Below, piece after piece: positions 57,313 to 64,000 of a stretch of 64,000 nt of DNA; within the stretch, counting starts at the first letter, position 1, and each line of letters opens with the position of its first letter. The stretch covers positions 1,856 through 65,855 of the forward strand of contig JAPLME010000011.1 of the NCBI GenBank assembly GCA_026387175.1, written 5' to 3'. Source of the DNA: Candidatus Omnitrophota bacterium. Lineage in GTDB: Bacteria > Omnitrophota > Gorgyraeia > 2-01-FULL-45-10. The notes under the pieces are model-generated. The model saw nothing but the letters and a program-made list of their open reading frames with translations, ran no database searches and was not told where the DNA came from. The position numbers and the translations under genes were made by a program.

Positions 57313-58439
57313 TGAAGATATCATTTATGCAGAATATTCGTAAGTACACGATGCTTATAGCGCTTATAGGGATATGGCTGATCTTTTCGATCATGACCCA
57401 GGGCGTATTTATAAGCCCGCGCAATCTTTCGAACCTCTTCTTACAGACGGCGGCAGTCGCCATTATCACGATCGGGATGACGCTCGTTATCGTGACACGG
57501 AATATCGACCTGTCGGTAGGTTCCGTTGCCGCGCTCGCCGGAGCCGTAGCCGCGTACCTTAACGTAAGGATGGGCCTTCCCGCCTGGACGGCAATTACGG
57601 CGGCGCTGGTCACCGGCCTGGCGATAGGCGCATGGCACGGTTTCTGGATAGCGTATCGGCTTGTGCCGGCATTTATAGTCACACTGGCCAGCATGATGAT
57701 ATTTCGCGGGGCCGTTCTCGGCATAACAGGCGGAGCGACGATAGCTCCTCTTTCCGCGGGCTTTAAAGGAATAGGCCAGAACTACATATCGCCTCATATA
57801 AGCGTATGGATTGGACTTGCGGTAATTTGCCTGTATGTCATCATCGGCTTCTTTAAGCGGGGAAGAAGAGCAAAAGTCGGTTTTTCGGTGCAGAAATTTC
57901 CGTTCTTCGCGGTCAAGACGGCGGCCGTATGCGCGGCGATCGTCGCGTTCTTCATGATCCTTGTCGAGAATAGAGGCATTCCGTACGCGGTGATACTTGT
58001 AATGGCCCTGGCAGCGTTATTTAATTTCATGTCCCGCCAGACGGTATTCGGCCGTCATCTCTATGCCATCGGAGGCAATCCCGACGCCGCTTCGCTCTCC
58101 GGTATCAATATACAGAAGAGGGTTATGATGCTGTATGTTATATTCGGCGCGCTCACCGCGGTCGGAGGGATGGTCCTTACGGCGCGGTTGAATGCCGCGA
58201 CGACATCCGCCGGACAAGGGATGGAGCTAGATGTAATAGCGGCCGCGGTTATAGGAGGCACAAGTCTCATGGGCGGAGAGGGGACCATATGGGGTTCGGT
58301 GATCGGCGCGCTCATAATGGCGAGCCTCGACAACGGTATGAGCCTGATGGATACCAATATCACTTATCAGTATATAATTAAGGGTATGATACTCCTCTTG
58401 GCGGTATGGGTCGATATAGCTACAAGAAAGAAAACGTGA
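57309..58439 (+). CDS. Sugar ABC transporter permease (XylH/GguB-like)
   Basis: About 10 TM segments. The start overlaps the ATPase stop. 376 aa. Confidence 0.85.
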   Translation: MMKISFMQNIRKYTMLIALIGIWLIFSIMTQGVFISPRNLSNLFLQTAAVAIITIGMTLVIVTRNIDLSVGSVAALAGAVAAYLNVRMGLPAWTAITAALVTGLAIGAWHGFWIAYRLVPAFIVTLASMMIFRGAVLGITGGATIAPLSAGFKGIGQNYISPHISVWIGLAVICLYVIIGFFKRGRRAKVGFSVQKFPFFAVKTAAVCAAIVAFFMILVENRGIPYAVILVMALAALFNFMSRQTVFGRHLYAIGGNPDAASLSGINIQKRVMMLYVIFGALTAVGGMVLTARLNAATTSAGQGMELDVIAAAVIGGTSLMGGEGTIWGSVIGALIMASLDNGMSLMDTNITYQYIIKGMILLLAVWVDIATRKKT

Positions 58440-59176
58440 AGATCTCATTTCTCGGTACGAACGGATGGTATGATACGGCGACAGGCAATACATCATGTGT
58501 CCTGGCCGAGACAGACGCGCATTATATAATCTTCGATGCCGGTTCCGGGTTCCAGAAGGCGAGGGATATCATTACATCGGATAAGCCGGTATTCCTCTTT
58601 ATAAGCCATCTGCACCTCGACCATCTGTTTGGCCTCCATACTTTGCCGCTATTCCGGATTGCGCAAGGCATCGATATATACGCCCCCCGAAATGCCGTTA
58701 AGCTTTTGCACGGATTCCTGAAGAGGCCTTTCACATCACCGCCGTTTCTCCTGAATACGAAATTGCGTTTTCATGCCCTGGAAGGAAGAGAGCGCTTTCC
58801 CTTCGATTTTGAGATGAGAAAACTGCGGCATGCCGTGCCTTGTTACGGCTATAGGATAGGCTTTCGAGGCAGGACAATCGCCTACTGCACGGATACCGGC
58901 GAGTGCCGGAACCTGGGTCGCCTTGCTTCCGAAGCGGACCTGTTGATTACCGAATGCGCGATGGCGCCGGGCGACAAATCGCGGAACTTGTTTCATCTGA
59001 CACCCGAGGCCGCCGCGAAGGCCGCGTTAAACGCTTCGGCAAAAAAATTGGCGCTCTTCCATTTTGATCCGGGTAAATATCCAGCGTTCGAGAATAGAAA
59101 AAAAGCCGAAGACTCCGCAAAGAAGATATTCCCCGGCACGATTGCCGCTAATGACGGCACCGAAATTACCATATGA
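58406..59176 (+). CDS. MBL-fold metallo-hydrolase
   Basis: HLHLDH motif (FISHLHLDHLFGL). 256 aa. The start is uncertain because it overlaps the permease by 34 nt. Confidence 0.7.
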   Translation: MGRYSYKKENVKISFLGTNGWYDTATGNTSCVLAETDAHYIIFDAGSGFQKARDIITSDKPVFLFISHLHLDHLFGLHTLPLFRIAQGIDIYAPRNAVKLLHGFLKRPFTSPPFLLNTKLRFHALEGRERFPFDFEMRKLRHAVPCYGYRIGFRGRTIAYCTDTGECRNLGRLASEADLLITECAMAPGDKSRNLFHLTPEAAAKAALNASAKKLALFHFDPGKYPAFENRKKAEDSAKKIFPGTIAANDGTEITI

Positions 59177-59192
59177 TCAATAAGGAAAAGTT

Positions 59193-60815
59193 ATGAAGAA
59201 GGTATTGATTGGCATATCGGTTATCCTGATCGTCGCGTTAGCCGGAATAGGAATATTCGTAGCGACGTTTGATATCGCTCCTTATAAAGGATTTATTATA
59301 TCCCGGCTTGAGCGGATGACTGGCAATAAGGTAGAGATAGGCCGTCTTTCCCTGAAATGGAAGAACGGCATCCTCTTAGGGGTCGAGGATTTCAAGATGT
59401 ATACGAAACCCGTAGGAAACCGGACGGCCTCATTGACATTTGATAGCGCCAATGCCCTGGTGGAGCCGGCGGCCCTCCTGATGCGCAGGGTGCCGATCTC
59501 TTCGTTAGATATATATAATGGAACGATCCGGTTTCAGGATATGGCGACGGAACCCGCATCGGATATCACTATTCGCAAGATCGAGGCTAAAATCAATAAT
59601 ATCTCCGACGCGGGAGCGATGCGTTTTACCGTTAAGATGGCCCCCGTAAGCGCTGACCAGAATATGCTGCTCTCAGGCACCGCAGGCGGCTTTGTTTCAG
59701 GCTCGCCATTTATAAGAGATTGCGATATAAAGGCCGATTTGGCCGCAATCGATCATAACGAACTTGAAAAGGCATTTCCGGTCCTGCAAAAACTGGGGCT
59801 CGCACCAGGCCTCGCCGGCGAGCTGGCAGTTAAGATCAGGGAACTCGAATTTTCGAAAGGTAAGATTTCGAAACTTTCCGCGGATATATCGCTTTCCCGC
59901 GGAAAGATAGTTATAGTGTCGTTAAAAGCGCCTGTGGATAATATAAATTTGTCGGTTTCCGCCGAAGGTAACAGCGCCACCGTAAATTCTTTCTCCGCGG
60001 AGCTCGCCGAAGGCTCTTTAACCCTGAGCGGGAAATCCGACGATATCTTCGTTTTGCCGAAAACAACTTTCCGGGCGGCCGTAGAAGTGCGGGGCGTAAA
60101 ATCTTTCATATCTAAGGTATTGGCGCGGAAGCAGAACATGGACGGCAATATGCGCCTTACGTTCGACGGCTCCATGTCGGGCCTCTCATGGCCGGATATC
60201 TCGAAGACGCTCTCCGGAGGCGGTGAGTTCTATCTGGATAGAGGCGTTGTGATGAATACCAACATTCTGAACCAGACGCTCGGCTCGCTTACACTATTTC
60301 CCGGCCTGAGCGATATGGCCAGGGGGTATGTGCCCGAGCCGATCCAGCAGGCTTTTGCGAATAACGACACTGTGATCGAACCGCTTCGCCAGTCATATAC
60401 GATAGAAGAAGGTTACGTGATGATGCCGAATTTAGACCTACGGACTGATACGTTTGATTTGCGCGGCGAGGCGAAATCCTCGCTGACCGGGGATATTTCA
60501 GGCAGCGGTGTGATACGATTTGCGCAGGATGTCTCAGCCGCTATGCTAAAAGCGGCGCCGGAGATGAAATATATAACGGACAGCCAGGGCATAGTCGAAT
60601 TCCCGCTATCCTTCAAGATCGGCGAAAACGGTTTTAAAGCGATCCCGGACATGAAATACATAGGCACAAAGGTCGCTGTGCAGAAGGCAGGGGATGCTGT
60701 AGCCGGTTTTATTCAAAAGGCATCCGAGAGCTCCGCGGATCCAGGATCCGCCGGCATCTCCTCAGGCAAATTTCCGAAATTGAAAGACCTGATCAAGGGC
60801 CTTAAAGATCAATAA
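59193..60815 (+). CDS. AsmA family outer-membrane biogenesis protein
   Basis: N-terminal TM anchor followed by a long beta-rich periplasmic region typical of AsmA-like proteins. 540 aa. Confidence 0.65.
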   Translation: MKKVLIGISVILIVALAGIGIFVATFDIAPYKGFIISRLERMTGNKVEIGRLSLKWKNGILLGVEDFKMYTKPVGNRTASLTFDSANALVEPAALLMRRVPISSLDIYNGTIRFQDMATEPASDITIRKIEAKINNISDAGAMRFTVKMAPVSADQNMLLSGTAGGFVSGSPFIRDCDIKADLAAIDHNELEKAFPVLQKLGLAPGLAGELAVKIRELEFSKGKISKLSADISLSRGKIVIVSLKAPVDNINLSVSAEGNSATVNSFSAELAEGSLTLSGKSDDIFVLPKTTFRAAVEVRGVKSFISKVLARKQNMDGNMRLTFDGSMSGLSWPDISKTLSGGGEFYLDRGVVMNTNILNQTLGSLTLFPGLSDMARGYVPEPIQQAFANNDTVIEPLRQSYTIEEGYVMMPNLDLRTDTFDLRGEAKSSLTGDISGSGVIRFAQDVSAAMLKAAPEMKYITDSQGIVEFPLSFKIGENGFKAIPDMKYIGTKVAVQKAGDAVAGFIQKASESSADPGSAGISSGKFPKLKDLIKGLKDQ

Positions 60816-60825
60816 TGGAGGGATC

Positions 60826-62385
60826 ATGAGGTCAAAGCTGATTTTTATTATATTATGCGCGGCCCTCTCGATCCTGCCGCAGACTTCGATATTTGCCGCC
60901 GCGTCCAAATCGGCCGAAGTGCCCGATATAAAGCGCTTGAAGGCAATTCTCCCGGAATTTGAAACGTATGCCAGGAAAAGCATGGCCGAATGGAAGGTGC
61001 CCGGCATGGCCATAGCGATAGTGAAGGGTAAAGATGTTATTTATGAGAAGGCATTTGGCGTAAAGACGCTCGGTTCAAAGGACCCCGTCACTACCGATAC
61101 TGTCTTTCAGATCGGCTCCACGTCCAAAGCGTTTACCGCTTTGCTGGTCGGGATGCTTGTTGATGAAGGGAAGATCGGATGGGACGACCCGGTAATGAAC
61201 CATCTTAGCGGTTTTGTCATGTACGACCCATGGGTCACGAGGCAGTTTACCGTTACCGATCTTATGGCCCAGCGAAGCGGCATGCCCGAACATGCCGGCG
61301 ATACCGTGGCCACCCTGGGGTTCGACCGCTCTCATGTAATCGACATGATCAGATTTGTAAAACCCGTTACAAGCTTTCGTTCGGCATACGCCTATCAAAA
61401 CGGCCTGTTTCTCGTGGCAGCCGAGCTCGTCAGGAAAGAGACGGGGAAGAGCTGGGAGGATAATGTAAAAGAACGTATTTTTGAGCCGCTGGGAATGAAG
61501 TCCAGTTCGACGGATATGTCATCGCTCAAAAATGGCAAAAATGTCGCTTCTCTTCATCACCTGGCCGGAGATAAGATAGTCATGCTTCCGATGGACTGGA
61601 AATATATGGACTGGGTCTATACCGATGCTCCGGCCGGAGGCATAAATTCAAACGTGAAGGATATCGCGAAGTGGATCTCACTTCAGATGAATGGCGGTTC
61701 ATTCGGTTCGAAGCAGCTGATAAAGGCGGATAGCATAAAGTATATGCAGACGCCGAAGACGATAATCCCTTCTGAAAATGGAAGCCCCCGTCAATATTAT
61801 TGTCAGGGATGGGTCTACCGCGAATATAATCCGTATCCGATCATATGGCATAACGGCGGGACGAGCGGCGCGAAGACGATGATCGCATTTGTTCCTAAAG
61901 CGAAGATAGGCATAGTCGTGCTGTCGAACCTGGACGAGACGTCATTGCCTGAGTCACTTGCGTCGCGTTTCTTCGATATGTATTTCGGCGCCCGCAAGCG
62001 CGACTGGAGTAAGGAGGAGCTTAAGAGAGCTTCCAAATCTCTGGAAGATGAGAGGGCCGCTCTTCCGAAGCCGCCTGCTAAAGAGACGCCGGCATTACCG
62101 GCCGAAAGATACACAGGAAGCTATTCAAATGACATATACGGCACGGTCGCTGTTTCACAGAAAGACGGAGCCCTGATCGTGACCGCCGGGCCAAAGAAGA
62201 CGCATATGGCCTTATCGCATTTTGACCGCGATACTTTTACCGCGTCGTGGAATGTCTATATCGCGCCGGAGTACGCCGGCCTGGTAAGGTTTGATATAGG
62301 ACCGGATGGGTTCGCGGAATCCCTTACAGTGCAGGCGTTCGACGCCGACGGCTGCGGAGTGTTCCGAAAAATAGCCGGTAAATAA
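60826..62385 (+). CDS. Serine hydrolase (beta-lactamase / PBP-like family) with a C-terminal beta-rich domain
   Basis: Signal peptide, S-x-x-K active-site motif (GSTSKAF), a YAYQ-like tyrosine motif and an HNGGTSG element. 519 aa. Confidence 0.8.
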   Translation: MRSKLIFIILCAALSILPQTSIFAAASKSAEVPDIKRLKAILPEFETYARKSMAEWKVPGMAIAIVKGKDVIYEKAFGVKTLGSKDPVTTDTVFQIGSTSKAFTALLVGMLVDEGKIGWDDPVMNHLSGFVMYDPWVTRQFTVTDLMAQRSGMPEHAGDTVATLGFDRSHVIDMIRFVKPVTSFRSAYAYQNGLFLVAAELVRKETGKSWEDNVKERIFEPLGMKSSSTDMSSLKNGKNVASLHHLAGDKIVMLPMDWKYMDWVYTDAPAGGINSNVKDIAKWISLQMNGGSFGSKQLIKADSIKYMQTPKTIIPSENGSPRQYYCQGWVYREYNPYPIIWHNGGTSGAKTMIAFVPKAKIGIVVLSNLDETSLPESLASRFFDMYFGARKRDWSKEELKRASKSLEDERAALPKPPAKETPALPAERYTGSYSNDIYGTVAVSQKDGALIVTAGPKKTHMALSHFDRDTFTASWNVYIAPEYAGLVRFDIGPDGFAESLTVQAFDADGCGVFRKIAGK

Positions 62386-62408
62386 GAGCGGGGGAAAAGC
62401 AATTCCGT

Positions 62409-63170
62409 ATGCTGCAGGACGCTCACATACATCTGCAAGATTGCCCGGAAGAGGCAATTAAGATATCCGCCGGAGCCGCCGGCCACGGGGTGGGCCGTTT
62501 TTTCTGCAATGGCACTTACCCTCGGGATTGGCCCGAAGTTATGAAGCTGGCCGGTTCCCACAGTAACATCATCCCTTTTTTCGGTGTGCATCCATGGCAT
62601 ATCGATAAGACGGTCGAGGGGTGGGATAAGGCGCTTATCGAGTATCTCGCTTTGCCCGGATCGCGCATAGGGGAGATAGGCCTCGACGGCGCTAAGGTAG
62701 ATGTAAGCTTAGTCAGGCAGCGCGAAATCTTTACGCGGCAGCTGGACATAGCGGTTGAATTTAAAAAACCGTTCACCGTACACTGCGTACAGGCATGGGA
62801 CGCTCTTTTGGAAGAGATCAGGATGCGGAAGGATAAAAAGCTCCTTTTTATGGTCCACTGGTTTTCCGGTTCGCCCGAGATAGCGGTCGAACTTATTAAG
62901 CTCGGCGGGTACATCTCATTTTCTCCGCGGCTTCTTTATGAGAGGGCCCTGAAACACCGCGCATCCTTTGACGTAACGCCGGTCGACAGAATTTTACTTG
63001 AGACCGATTATCCATATACTCCGGATTCCGGGTCCGCGGATAAGCCGGATGTGTCAAAATATTTTGAGTGGCTGCGCTCGCTGTATGGCATGGCCGCCCG
63101 GCTCAAAAAGCTGGATGAGGTAACATTCGAGCAAAAGGTATGGGATAATGGGACAGTTTTTTTGCATTGA
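62409..63170 (+). CDS. TatD family metal-dependent hydrolase
   Basis: MLQDAHIHL N-terminal His motif and TIM-barrel length. 253 aa. Confidence 0.75.
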   Translation: MLQDAHIHLQDCPEEAIKISAGAAGHGVGRFFCNGTYPRDWPEVMKLAGSHSNIIPFFGVHPWHIDKTVEGWDKALIEYLALPGSRIGEIGLDGAKVDVSLVRQREIFTRQLDIAVEFKKPFTVHCVQAWDALLEEIRMRKDKKLLFMVHWFSGSPEIAVELIKLGGYISFSPRLLYERALKHRASFDVTPVDRILLETDYPYTPDSGSADKPDVSKYFEWLRSLYGMAARLKKLDEVTFEQKVWDNGTVFLH

Positions 63171-63900
63171 GCTCCTTCTCGGCAAAGACAAGCTCCAGAA
63201 ACTACATAATAGCTCCGTAACGGTCATAGGCATCGGTGCCGTCGGCAGCTACTGTGTCGAAGCATTGGCTCGCGCCGGGGTAGGGGCCTTAAGGCTGGTG
63301 GATTTCGATAAGGTAAAAGCGAGTAACCTGAACCGCCATCTGCTGGCGCTTAAGTCCACTATCGGCAGGCCAAAAGTAGAGCTCGCCAGGGAGAGGGTGC
63401 TTGCGATCAATCCCGCGTGTAAAGTGGAATCGCTGGAGGTTTTTGCCGACGATAAGACGATAGACTCGATACTCGATAACAGGCCGGATATCGTGATAGA
63501 TGCCATAGATTCGCTGGGCCCGAAATCGCAGGTGCTTAAAACCTGCCATATGAAGAATATACCCGTCATCTCGTCAATGGGCGCGGCAACGAGAGTGGAT
63601 CCTTTAGCGATCAGGATAGCGGATCTTCGTGATACGACACACTGCCCTTTGGCAAAACGCCTGAGAATTAAATTAAAGAGAGAGAATATCACGAGCGGAA
63701 TAACCTGCGTCTATTCGGCGGAGACGAGGAACCTATCGGCCATCGGCGGTGAAAACGCTCTCGGGGAAGATGATTACGCGAGAGGGCGGAAGCGGTCAAA
63801 GCTCGGCAGCCTTCCTACGATAACCGGCATATTCGGCCTCGTCATCGCCCATAAGGCCATAGAGACGCTGTGCGGCGGATTCAAAGGAAAAGGAAATTAA
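63148..63900 (+). CDS. tcdA: tRNA threonylcarbamoyladenosine dehydratase (ThiF/MoeB-like E1 fold)
   Basis: GIGAVGSY nucleotide-binding loop, LVDFDKV..NLNRH motif. 250 aa. Confidence 0.75.
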   Translation: MGQFFCIELLLGKDKLQKLHNSSVTVIGIGAVGSYCVEALARAGVGALRLVDFDKVKASNLNRHLLALKSTIGRPKVELARERVLAINPACKVESLEVFADDKTIDSILDNRPDIVIDAIDSLGPKSQVLKTCHMKNIPVISSMGAATRVDPLAIRIADLRDTTHCPLAKRLRIKLKRENITSGITCVYSAETRNLSAIGGENALGEDDYARGRKRSKLGSLPTITGIFGLVIAHKAIETLCGGFKGKGN

Positions 63901-63916
63901 CATAAGGGGAGTAAGA

Positions 63917-64000
63917 TGAAGAAAATATTCAGCATTATCGCAGCGGTCTTGGGCCTGGTTTTTGCCGGCATGTCGTATGCGCAAGGTAATATCAAAGCAG
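63917..64000 (+). CDS. Start of a secreted protein (3'-truncated by the window)
   Basis: MKKIFSIIAAVLGLVFAGMSYAQG is a signal peptide. Confidence 0.4.

Noticed and set aside
55278-57324. Antisense ORFs (219 aa and 301 aa) opposite the sugar-binding protein and ATPase genes
   Set aside because: They are shadow ORFs, because the sense genes carry complete ABC motifs.

Overview
This 64-kb window is almost entirely plus-strand coding, with roughly 50% GC. The first 25 kb is the 3' portion of a single giant ORF. It runs uninterrupted from base 1, with no in-frame stop, to 25032, so more than 8,300 codons are visible and the 5' end lies upstream of the window. The encoded protein is Asn/Thr/Ser/Gly-rich, repetitive and looks extracellular. 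It contains three tandem super-repeats of about 1,760-1,800 aa (5.3-5.4 kb each). Each super-repeat has a PATR-like beta-helix segment (a W-x-GDG-x-WST-x-ANWSTG-x-VP motif followed by GTLTL-type strands) and two arrays of about 7 blade repeats of 42 aa. The blades carry an Asp-box/BNR-like S-S-D-G-I-T-W motif plus AWNGTRFVAVG. The C-terminal third carries bacterial Ig-like domains and ends in a coiled-coil and low-complexity tail. The giant gene is tightly followed on the same strand by a 453-aa membrane-anchored protein with an internal duplication. Next comes a non-canonical F-type ATP synthase cluster in the order epsilon, b (with a delta-like C-terminus), c, alpha, gamma, beta; no a or delta gene is present in the window. 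A T2SS/type IV pilus-like operon follows (GspE, GspF, an embedded HExxH metallopeptidase-like secreted protein, GspG, pseudopilins, GspK, a GspL-like PilM-PilN fusion, GspM/PilO-like). It ends at an intrinsic terminator near 40.04 kb. Downstream are ordinary genes: a YHS-like small protein on the minus strand, a metallophosphoesterase, an LptF/G permease, TrxB, tRNA-Phe(GAA), a NUDIX hydrolase, an RlmI-like methyltransferase, an FkbM methyltransferase, a TolC-HlyD-ABC-2 efflux system of YbhGFSR type, a putative porin plus CUT2 sugar ABC transporter, an MBL-fold hydrolase, an AsmA family protein, a serine hydrolase, a TatD hydrolase, TcdA and the start of a secreted protein. I infer that the overall architecture (giant repetitive ORF, pilus/T2SS-like machinery, compact overlapping genes) resembles the giant-gene loci described for Omnitrophota-like ultrasmall bacteria. 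Taxonomy cannot be proven from the sequence alone. No CRISPR array, transposase or rRNA gene is present.
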